Source: Candidatus Hermodarchaeota archaeon
GTDB taxonomy: Archaea; Asgardarchaeota; Lokiarchaeia; Sigyniarchaeales; SOKP01
Direction: 5' to 3'
Assembly: GCA_048885525.1 (NCBI GenBank)
Contig: JBHLLP010000063.1
Coordinates: forward strand, 1-14,705
Length of the DNA: 14,705 nucleotides
Part shown: piece after piece, positions 1 through 7,793 of the stretch
Layout of the letters: every line of letters starts with the position of its first letter
Numbering within the stretch: the stretch's first letter is position 1
Position numbers and translations under genes: made by a program
Notes under the pieces: model-generated
What the model was told of the DNA's origin: nothing
Database searches by the model: none
The model's input: the letters and a program-made list of their open reading frames with translations, nothing else

Positions 1-2
1 GC

Positions 3-140
3 CATAGCATTTTTTTAGGTGATTTTAATGTATACCAATGTGAAAGTTGTAAATCATATTACCATGAACCTTGTCTTCAAAAAATGAATAAAGAAATCAA
101 AGCTTGTAGATTTTGTGGGGCTAAACTAATCATTGAATAA
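3..140 (+). CDS. 3' end of a RING/PHD-like (C4HC3-type) zinc-finger protein, truncated by the window edge
   Basis: Not in the ORF track. Manual translation from position 3 gives HSIFLGDFNVYQCESCKSYYHEPCLQKMNKEIKACRFCGAKLIIE* with TAA at 138-140. The pattern is CxxC-x4-H-xx-C-x10-CxxC, i.e. the last six ligands of a C4HC3 finger. Confidence 0.75.
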   Translation, partial: HSIFLGDFNVYQCESCKSYYHEPCLQKMNKEIKACRFCGAKLIIE

Positions 141-214
141 CTAATTATTTATTTTTACTTTGTTTAAATTATTTAAGATATCCTTCTTTTTATTAATAAA
201 TTAGAACAGAGAGG

Positions 215-2272
215 TTGATTAAATTAGATACCAAAAAGGGAAGTAAATGGGTCGTTACATCAGCGTGGCCTTATGTAAACGCTACACCGCATTTAGGGAA
301 TCTAATAGGTAGTACTTTATCTGCAGATGTATTTGCTAGATTCTTGAGAATGAAAGGAGAAGAAGTAGTGTTTGTTTCTGGATCAGATTCTCATGGAACA
401 CCCGTTTCGGTAGAAGCAAAAAAATTAAATGTCCCCGCGGAAGAATTAGCATTTAAATATCATAATATTATCAAAGATTTACATGAAAAGTGGAAAATTT
501 CATTCGATAATTACACGATAACACATAATCCAACCCATATCGAATTTGTACAAAAAATGTATTTAGATATACAGAAAAATGGGTATATCTTAGAAAAAGA
601 GATTGAATCATTATATTGTGATAATGATAACTTATTCTTGCCTGACAGATATGTAGAAGGAACTTGTCCGAATTGTAAAGATGATGGGGCTAGAGGAGAT
701 CAGTGTGATAAATGTCAAAAATTATTAACTCCATTGGAATTAATAAAGCCTAGATGTGCAATTTGCGGAAATTCTCCCACTATCAAAAAGTCAAAACATT
801 GGTATATAGATTTACCTAAATTACAAGATCGACTAACAAAGCTAATTGAAGAAAATAAAATTATTCCATCTAACGCTCGACAAATGTGCCTAAATATGAT
901 TGCAGAAGGATTATTTGAACGTGCAATAACCAGAGATTTAGACTGGGGAATTCCTGCACCATTTAAAGGTGCTGAAAATAAAACAATTTACGTCTGGTCC
1001 GAAGCAGTATTAGGTTATATTACTGCTGTAAAAGAATGGGCTGAAAAAATAATTAATGAACCAGATAAATTTGACTATTTCTGGAAAGATTCAGAAACTA
1101 AAACAGTTTATTTCATTGGTAAAGATAACATAATATTTCATTTAATTCTCTTTCCAGGACTTATTTTGGGATATAACGATGATAAAAAAAAAGACGAGCA
1201 GTTAGTTCTCCCATACAACGTTTCATCAACAGAATTTTTAATGTATGAAAACGATAAATTTTCAAAATCGAGAGGAATTGGGATATGGATTGATGAAGCC
1301 TTAAAATTAGCGCCTCTTGACTATTGGAGATTTAATTTGGTATTTAATCGTCCAGAAACAAGTGATACCTCGTTCTTATGGTCTGAATTTGAAAATAATA
1401 TAAAAACTCTTAATGATAATATTGGAAATTTTATACATCGGACATTAACCTTTATCGAAAAGCAGTTTAATAGCAAGATTCCCGAAAAAATTGAACTTGA
1501 TGATACAGATATTAAATTTATAGAAAAGATAAATAAAATTGGTAAAGAAATAGGTGAAAGTTTATATAATTTTAAAATAAGAAAAGCAATAAGAGATATT
1601 GTAAATTTTGGAAAAGAAGGGAATATTTATTTAAATGAAAAAGCTCCTTGGCATTTAATTAAGAAAAATAAAAAAGCTGCTGGACATGTTTTTAATTTAT
1701 GTGTTCAAGCATCATATGCTTTAGCTATATTGTTAAGCCCATTTATCCCTGGAACATCTGAAAAGATTTTATTTTATTTAAATGCTCCAAAATTATCGGA
1801 GTTAACATGGGATAGTATTAATGAAAATTCTATTAATATGGGGCAAAACATTAAAAAACCTAAACCACTATTTCAAAAATTAGATATTGAGGAAATCAAA
1901 CAAAATTATCAAAAATTAAAAGAAGGGAAACCTGAAGAGGGTGAAAAAGAAATAATTTCTTATGATGAGTTTAAAAAATTAGATATTCGAGTCGCATTGG
2001 TTGAAAAAGTTGAAAAAGTTTCTAAAGCAGATAAACTCTATAAACTTTCTATTGATTTAGGAACTGAAAAAAGAACCTTAGTTGCTGGATTAGCAGAACA
2101 CTATAAAATCGAAGACTTACTAGGAAAAAAAATCGTAGTGTTAACTAATTTAGAACCAAGAAAATTAAAAGGGATCTTAAGTGAAGGAATGCTTCTTGCG
2201 GGTGTTGAGGGTGATAAAGTGTCAATTTTAATACCTGATAAAGATCTTCCTCCTGGTGCTAGAATAGAATAA
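215..2272 (+). CDS. metG: Methionine--tRNA ligase (class I) with C-terminal Trbp111-like tRNA-binding domain
   Basis: TSAWPYVN..HLGN (HIGH motif), GSDSHGTP, zinc knuckles (CxxD/CPNC/CDKC/CAIC with ARGDQC), ITRDLDWGIP, FIGKDNIIFH, KFSKS (KMSKS motif) and a C-terminal OB domain (ISYDEFKKLDIRVA...NLEPRKLKGILSEGMLLA). TTG start. Confidence 0.98.
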   Translation: MIKLDTKKGSKWVVTSAWPYVNATPHLGNLIGSTLSADVFARFLRMKGEEVVFVSGSDSHGTPVSVEAKKLNVPAEELAFKYHNIIKDLHEKWKISFDNYTITHNPTHIEFVQKMYLDIQKNGYILEKEIESLYCDNDNLFLPDRYVEGTCPNCKDDGARGDQCDKCQKLLTPLELIKPRCAICGNSPTIKKSKHWYIDLPKLQDRLTKLIEENKIIPSNARQMCLNMIAEGLFERAITRDLDWGIPAPFKGAENKTIYVWSEAVLGYITAVKEWAEKIINEPDKFDYFWKDSETKTVYFIGKDNIIFHLILFPGLILGYNDDKKKDEQLVLPYNVSSTEFLMYENDKFSKSRGIGIWIDEALKLAPLDYWRFNLVFNRPETSDTSFLWSEFENNIKTLNDNIGNFIHRTLTFIEKQFNSKIPEKIELDDTDIKFIEKINKIGKEIGESLYNFKIRKAIRDIVNFGKEGNIYLNEKAPWHLIKKNKKAAGHVFNLCVQASYALAILLSPFIPGTSEKILFYLNAPKLSELTWDSINENSINMGQNIKKPKPLFQKLDIEEIKQNYQKLKEGKPEEGEKEIISYDEFKKLDIRVALVEKVEKVSKADKLYKLSIDLGTEKRTLVAGLAEHYKIEDLLGKKIVVLTNLEPRKLKGILSEGMLLAGVEGDKVSILIPDKDLPPGARIE

Positions 2273-2273
2273 A

Positions 2274-3518
2274 CTATAGTTTTAAAGAAAACAATGGATT
2301 TAAACGAGCAATAATGTCTCCTAGATCTAACTGAATTGATTTAAGAACGATATCCCGTCCTCGATATCCAAATTGCAATTCACTTACGTCTCTAACTATT
2401 TTTAATCTGCTTATATTTGTTTTAAGAGAACTGACAAAATATCTTTGATCTTTATATTCTAATATATCTAATACATCTTCTATATCATTAAATTCATATC
2501 CTCCTCCATGAGGAAGAATACAGGCACTTTTTAATAATTGAAGGAGCTCTAGAGTTTCTGCCCTTTCTAATAGATTTTGATTTTTAAGAGTTGTTTCAGA
2601 TAAATTGTTTTTGCCTTTAAATAAATAAGCTGCTATATCTGCTCTAAGAGTTGTAGGAAAAATATCTGATTTAATTAAATCACACTTAATATCTGTACAA
2701 TTACTTCCTAAATACATATTATTATAATCCTTTAAAAATTGGTGTGGTTGATTACATATAATTTCATATCCATAATCAAAAAGGTTATTAGCGATAATCT
2801 CTCTCTTTACATTAGAAAATTCTAAAGCTTTTTTGTTGAATTCAAGATATTCTTTAGCATCAGAATCAATTAATATATAATGTATGCCTAATTTGCTTTT
2901 TTCTTCAATCGCAACATCTTTTAATGTTTTTGACTTATCAATATAGAGGCCAATCCCATATTCGTCACTTCTGAATTCTGGAGCTGAGCCATGAATAAGA
3001 AAAATATAACGTGGAAGTTCAATATCAGACAAATTTTTCATTTCAAAGCAATTAATAAAATGATTAGATATACCATAATCCCAATTAATTAAGACTCTAT
3101 CATGATAAAGTTTTTTTGATTTAATTGCGTCTATCTTTTTAATTAAATTATATGGATCGGGTAATTCTTCTAAACCACCAACTAAAATTCCGCAACAATT
3201 AGGTTTGGTATTGAGAAAGATCAATTTTTCATTACCTTCTCCCCAATTCAATCTTCCTCCATATCCCAATCCAGAATTCCATCTAAATTTATTTCTCGAT
3301 ATTGTTTCATCAGGAGAAGAAATAAATGTTGCCTTAGGTTCAAACCCATATTTTTCTTGGATAAGATGAAATTGAGCTAAACCATATTTCATGTTTGCTT
3401 GGCACAATTTCGATGTTCCATCATTTAAACCAGTTGAAAAAATGAACTGACTTGCTCTATCTAATAAATTTAATCTTGAAAGTTCTGAAATTTTTAGAGA
3501 TAGGATGGAAGAACCCAT
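2274..3518 (-). CDS. Divergent RtcB-like protein (putative GTP/Mn-dependent RNA 3'-phosphate/5'-OH ligase family)
   Basis: RtcB motifs appear in collinear order: PD70, GLGYGG, PNCCG (C109), SNHF (N152/H153), FLIHGS (H176), EYLEFNKKALEFSNVKR helix, PHQ (H259), AYLFKG, LPHGGG (H337), GYR and the C-terminal ARLNPLFSLK (K413). Recognised by eye only; no profile search was run. Confidence 0.72.
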   Translation of the reverse strand: MGSSILSLKISELSRLNLLDRASQFIFSTGLNDGTSKLCQANMKYGLAQFHLIQEKYGFEPKATFISSPDETISRNKFRWNSGLGYGGRLNWGEGNEKLIFLNTKPNCCGILVGGLEELPDPYNLIKKIDAIKSKKLYHDRVLINWDYGISNHFINCFEMKNLSDIELPRYIFLIHGSAPEFRSDEYGIGLYIDKSKTLKDVAIEEKSKLGIHYILIDSDAKEYLEFNKKALEFSNVKREIIANNLFDYGYEIICNQPHQFLKDYNNMYLGSNCTDIKCDLIKSDIFPTTLRADIAAYLFKGKNNLSETTLKNQNLLERAETLELLQLLKSACILPHGGGYEFNDIEDVLDILEYKDQRYFVSSLKTNISRLKIVRDVSELQFGYRGRDIVLKSIQLDLGDIIARLNPLFSLKL

Positions 3519-3567
3519 TTTATAAAAGATGCTCGCATATGTAATATACTCTATCTAAAAATATATG

Positions 3568-3586
3568 GAAAGAATATATATATAAT
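3568..3586. promoter_or_regulatory. Possible BRE/TATA element in the divergent intergenic region
   Basis: Purine-rich GAAAGAA followed by (TA)5 at 3575-3584, inside the 135-bp gap between two divergent genes. Weak evidence given the AT-rich background. Confidence 0.3.
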
Positions 3587-3653
3587 ATTAATGATATTAG
3601 ATTGGAAAACTCGGATAAAAAGACTCTAAAATATTGATGAAAAATTAGTTACC

Positions 3654-4277
3654 ATGAAAAATTCAAAGAGCTTTATTTTATTTGATTCACAAAAAAATAT
3701 AAAGATAAATGGAGAATTTACAGGTTCTATTATATCTAAGTGTCAAGATAAAATTATCTTTTCAGATAATATTAAAATTTCAGATTCTGAAGGAATTATA
3801 ATAACTGAAGGTTTACTTACCGGGTTTGAAAAAAAAGGGAAAAAATTAACTCCAATATCAAGAAACTCTGATTTTAAATGGAATTTAAAAGATGTTCCAT
3901 TAGAATATTCTGTTTCGATCCCAGATGATACAATGGAACAGTATGACCAAGGACAGTTTTCCAATGAATTTCCATTTACCATTAATCTTCTTCACACAGC
4001 TGCCTTGCTTTTAAATGACCTCGAATTTGGACTGAATCATTTAGATTTTTTTAAAGGAGAAATTCTAAAAAATCCAGTTTCAATGATAAGAAATGGAATT
4101 ATTGTAGCTGATAGATTAGTTATTGATGATAATGGTAACCCTGTCTTTTATGATTGTTTGATTGTTGGAAGGGATAAAAATGATAATCTTAATATAAGTT
4201 ATGAACCAATAGTTAACGTTGATGATAAGGTAATTGAATATATTATAATTTTAGGTATAGAGGAATTAAAAATTTAA
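3654..4277 (+). CDS. Hypothetical protein (207 aa)
   Basis: Uninterrupted ATG-initiated ORF with codon usage like its neighbours, ending 17 bp before the ATPase gene. No family confidently recognised. Confidence 0.8.
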   Translation: MKNSKSFILFDSQKNIKINGEFTGSIISKCQDKIIFSDNIKISDSEGIIITEGLLTGFEKKGKKLTPISRNSDFKWNLKDVPLEYSVSIPDDTMEQYDQGQFSNEFPFTINLLHTAALLLNDLEFGLNHLDFFKGEILKNPVSMIRNGIIVADRLVIDDNGNPVFYDCLIVGRDKNDNLNISYEPIVNVDDKVIEYIIILGIEELKI

Positions 4278-4294
4278 AATAATTCTGATTTAAA

Positions 4295-5515
4295 ATGCTT
4301 CTTTTTGAGAACAAGGAACAAAAATTATTGAATCTCTTAAAATTTATAGGTTCACCATTTAAAAAATTTGTATCTACTGGAGAAATTAAAGAAGACATTG
4401 GATTAGTCAAATCAAGACAAGATTTATTGCATTCTATAATAAATATACTTGAAAAAAAAGAAAACGTAATCTTACCAATAATTGGTGAAGTAGGAACAGG
4501 AAAAACACATTTGTACTGGGCTCTTAAACATGGGTTGTATTATTATAATCTCGTCTATATTTCTTTAGAAAATGTCGTTAAGAAATTTTATTACAATACA
4601 TATTCGGAATTTATAGAAAATATGGGTATTGACGTTTTAAGAAACATTGCAAGAAGATTGTGTAATAAATGGGGTGCTTCAGAAAGGAAATTTGGTTTTT
4701 TCAATTTGGCAGATATTGAGAAAGTTAAAAAGGAAGCATTTGAAACTTTTGCTCCAAATTTTGAAAATCAAGATTCAATATCAGACATCATTAACGCAAT
4801 AGTAGCTCATCAATTAGATCCATATAAAAAAATAGAAGTTGAACGATGGTTCTTAGGAGAAGTAATAGATATAAGAGATCTTTCAAGATTGAAATTAAAA
4901 AATGATTTAAGAGAAAAGAATAACGCATATACAATGCTTAAAGTATTAGTTGAAAATGCAATGGTAAGTAGTGTATTATTTATTGATGATTTTGAGAAAA
5001 TTCTTTCTATGATGAGACCAATACCAATAGAAGAACAGACTGAAGAAGTTTTTGACAGAAGTTGGCTTTATGGGACTAAACAATCACCAGAAAAGCGTAC
5101 TGCTGATAAAATCTTAAAGAAAATCATCAATTTAAATAAAATTAATGGTCTAAGAATTATTATTACCTTAAAATCAACCGAATTTTACAGAGAAATTATA
5201 GATAAACTAAAAGAAAGAGATAGTAAATTGTTAAATGTAGTAAACGACCCTATTATTTTATCTAATTTTATTGAAGAAGATCTATCGACATTTTATAGAA
5301 AGAATTTAGAATTCTTTTTTGGACAAATTAATTACTTTGACTACATACAAGATTTTTCAAATTCATATTATCCACTAAATCAAGATGTACTAAATTATAT
5401 ATATAATAATACGAAAGGTAATCCAAGAGATATAATAAAGTTATTAATAAAGATCTTCAATGATATTATATTAACCTATGAGGATTTAGAAGATATACTT
5501 AAAAAATATCAATAA
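4295..5515 (+). CDS. P-loop AAA+ ATPase (Orc1/Cdc6- or DUF2791/BrxD-like)
   Basis: Walker A GEVGTGKT (aa 64-71), Walker B VLFIDDFE, a large helical insert between them containing RWFLGE, and a lid/sensor-2 region YPLN...TKGNPRDIIK. Confidence 0.85.
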   Translation: MLLFENKEQKLLNLLKFIGSPFKKFVSTGEIKEDIGLVKSRQDLLHSIINILEKKENVILPIIGEVGTGKTHLYWALKHGLYYYNLVYISLENVVKKFYYNTYSEFIENMGIDVLRNIARRLCNKWGASERKFGFFNLADIEKVKKEAFETFAPNFENQDSISDIINAIVAHQLDPYKKIEVERWFLGEVIDIRDLSRLKLKNDLREKNNAYTMLKVLVENAMVSSVLFIDDFEKILSMMRPIPIEEQTEEVFDRSWLYGTKQSPEKRTADKILKKIINLNKINGLRIIITLKSTEFYREIIDKLKERDSKLLNVVNDPIILSNFIEEDLSTFYRKNLEFFFGQINYFDYIQDFSNSYYPLNQDVLNYIYNNTKGNPRDIIKLLIKIFNDIILTYEDLEDILKKYQ

Positions 5516-5525
5516 TTAAACTGGA

Positions 5526-6260
5526 TTATAATTTTTTTAACAAAATTCTTTTATAAATGTCAATTTCTTTAAAAAAATTCTCTTTATACTCAATTTCCCA
5601 TTTTGAATTAGAAATTTTTTGCCGAAATGATTCTAAATAAAGTGCAGATTTAAAATATATTAACAATAAAGCTCTAATGGCTTTTTGTTTCAAAATTTTA
5701 TAATCCTGTAAGTAATTCAAGGAATTAAATAATTGATTATAATCAGGAACAAATTTCTCTAATATTTTTACACAGAGTGCTTCTAACTCAAAATTTTTCG
5801 AATTCAATGCTTGAAAAATGTTACCTCTTATAGAGAGTGGAAGTTCTTTTAAATTTAAGATTACTTTAAGAGCATTAACTTTAATAGGAGAATAATCATC
5901 ATTCACCGCATTTCCCACTATTTTTATTACATCATCAATTATATCAGAATAAGTGGAAATCTTACCAATCGCTTGAATTATTTCATTTCTAATCCATCTA
6001 TCTGATGAATAATATGTTTCAATTAAAAATTTAAAATATCTTTCTTCTAATGTCGTTATTTTTCCAATCTCTCCAACTAAAAAAACCAAGTTTATTTTTA
6101 CTTTATCAAAAATTTGAGTGTCTAAATTATTTATGAAGTAATCTATACACTCAAGATAATCTATGTTTGGATCTTTACTTATTTCTATTAAAAAATCATT
6201 TATTATCTCTGGGTTTTTGGTCTTTTTGATTTCTTCAAAATTATTTTTCATTAATTCCAT
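5526..6260 (-). CDS. HEAT-repeat (alpha-solenoid) protein
   Basis: Repeated HEAT-like helical pairs: VKINLVFLVGEIG, DRWIRNEIIQAIGKI, NDDYSPIKVNALKVI, LNSKNFELEALCVKIL. Confidence 0.75.
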   Translation of the reverse strand: MELMKNNFEEIKKTKNPEIINDFLIEISKDPNIDYLECIDYFINNLDTQIFDKVKINLVFLVGEIGKITTLEERYFKFLIETYYSSDRWIRNEIIQAIGKISTYSDIIDDVIKIVGNAVNDDYSPIKVNALKVILNLKELPLSIRGNIFQALNSKNFELEALCVKILEKFVPDYNQLFNSLNYLQDYKILKQKAIRALLLIYFKSALYLESFRQKISNSKWEIEYKENFFKEIDIYKRILLKKL

Positions 6261-6278
6261 AAATCTAAAAATAACTAT

Positions 6279-7673
6279 TTATTTATCTGGATTTTCGACA
6301 ACACGTTTTAGAGGTTTTATCATTTCAGTTTTTAATACAGAATAGAAAATCTTTCTAAACTTCTCATTTTGAGTTAAAGGGATAAACTTTTCATTCATTT
6401 TTTTAGCATATTTATCGTCATGGGGGAAATCATAATATCCATGTTCTTCATAATATCTATGATCAGCTTGGAAGACAAACCTCATTCTACCATATACAGC
6501 GTCTCTAAATATTTTATTCCCTCCTACTGACAGGAAGGTTTGTGGTTTTTTATAACCAGATTGGGAATCCATGATCAGCTTTTTAGCTAAAGTATAGATC
6601 AATGAATCAATAATCTTCGAATTTGCATATTCATCAGTAATAATATCTACAAGGTTACTCTCTTCTAATTCAGGCATTAATTCCATGATTTGTCTTAGAT
6701 TAGCAATTTGACCCAATGGTCCAGAAATAAGAAAACCAAATTGTTTTTTTCTTAATGTTGGAATATGTCCATTGAAAAAACTTCTATCAATAACCATTTT
6801 CCACCTTGATGATAAATATCTGTCTACTATGTTTCCAGCAAAAACCAAAATATCAGCAGATTCTAAGTTCACGCTCCAAAATTCATTAAAATCATCCTTA
6901 TCTTTATAAACACAAATATTGTCATATCCACATTGAATACATCCTAAACATCCACCTTTAATATTTAGATCATTGATATTTATTATTTCAATTTCATTAG
7001 AAAAGCAATCTTGAAACCGTTGGATCATTTTACCCAGATTAGTGCTTTTATCAATTGAATCTGTAACAACAAGTACTCTTTTTTCTAAAGTATCTATTTT
7101 TTTTTCTTCTTTTTCGAGTTTTCCTGGAATATAATCAAATGATTGTTTGATTAAAGGTATATTTTTTCGTGATGTGGGAAGATTTTTTTCGATTGCATAA
7201 AACAAATTTTCAGCAAATAAAATTAATTGTTTTCTCTTATCTGGAAACATAAGATCAAACATATCAGCAGAAAAAGATCCGACATATTTCATTTCCAAAT
7301 CATCACAAATAGCATTCATATAATTTATCGCAGTATGATCATAGAAATGAATTGACGTTGCGAGTAGAGCAGTATATTTATCCCTAAAATATTGTTCTTT
7401 TTTTCTTTCCGTAATGAGTTCAATAAATCTTTTGTATTGAGATGGAACAAGTGCCACATATAAAGGGAAACCCCAAATTATACCATCAGAATTCTTCACG
7501 TCATCTATAACTTCTTTAAATTTTTCCTCATTTTTTTCAAGTTTTTTAATTTGCTGGGCAATATTTAAGATTTTGAGTTCATATTGAGGAAATTTCTTCT
7601 GAATATACAAAATATACTGCATTGTAGCACTTTCAATCCCTTTAGGACTTCCATTTAAAACAATTATTTTCAC
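6279..7673 (-). CDS. NAD(P)H-dependent FMN oxidoreductase / iron-sulfur flavoprotein with two flavodoxin-like domains
   Basis: N-terminal MKIIVLNGSPKG and DGIIWGFPLY...VPSQYKRFIE (FMN_red family). The second domain has GCLGCIQCGYDNIC (Cx2Cx2Cx5C, Isf-type) and ADILVFAG...WKMVIDR. GTG start with a purine-rich RBS (AAGGGA) upstream. Confidence 0.88.
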   Translation of the reverse strand: MKIIVLNGSPKGIESATMQYILYIQKKFPQYELKILNIAQQIKKLEKNEEKFKEVIDDVKNSDGIIWGFPLYVALVPSQYKRFIELITERKKEQYFRDKYTALLATSIHFYDHTAINYMNAICDDLEMKYVGSFSADMFDLMFPDKRKQLILFAENLFYAIEKNLPTSRKNIPLIKQSFDYIPGKLEKEEKKIDTLEKRVLVVTDSIDKSTNLGKMIQRFQDCFSNEIEIININDLNIKGGCLGCIQCGYDNICVYKDKDDFNEFWSVNLESADILVFAGNIVDRYLSSRWKMVIDRSFFNGHIPTLRKKQFGFLISGPLGQIANLRQIMELMPELEESNLVDIITDEYANSKIIDSLIYTLAKKLIMDSQSGYKKPQTFLSVGGNKIFRDAVYGRMRFVFQADHRYYEEHGYYDFPHDDKYAKKMNEKFIPLTQNEKFRKIFYSVLKTEMIKPLKRVVENPDK

Positions 7674-7772
7674 TCATCTATCCCTTCTCTCAACTAATTA
7701 ATGTTAGATATTGATAATATATCAAAACTAATAATGATTTTCAAATAGTTTCTTAAATTAAACTATAATTCC

Positions 7773-7792
7773 AAAAAAAAGAATAAAAAAAA
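7773..7792 (-). terminator. Archaeal oligo-T terminator downstream of the response regulator
   Basis: T8-ATTC-T8 on the minus strand, starting 2 bp after the stop codon. Confidence 0.55.
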
Positions 7793-7793
7793 T

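Noticed and set aside
3743-3982. 79-aa minus-strand ORF
   Set aside because: Entirely antisense to the longer 207-aa ORF and has no motifs; most likely a shadow ORF.
3990-4020. HTA motif in the 207-aa ORF as an archease (RtcB cofactor) signature
   Set aside because: The archease DHTAD motif is N-terminal and needs the acidic residues. Here it is mid-protein LHTAA, and the protein's length and pattern do not fit.
6163-6345. 60-aa hydrophobic plus-strand ORF
   Set aside because: Antisense to two real genes. Its F/I/S richness simply mirrors the K/E/N codons on the other strand.
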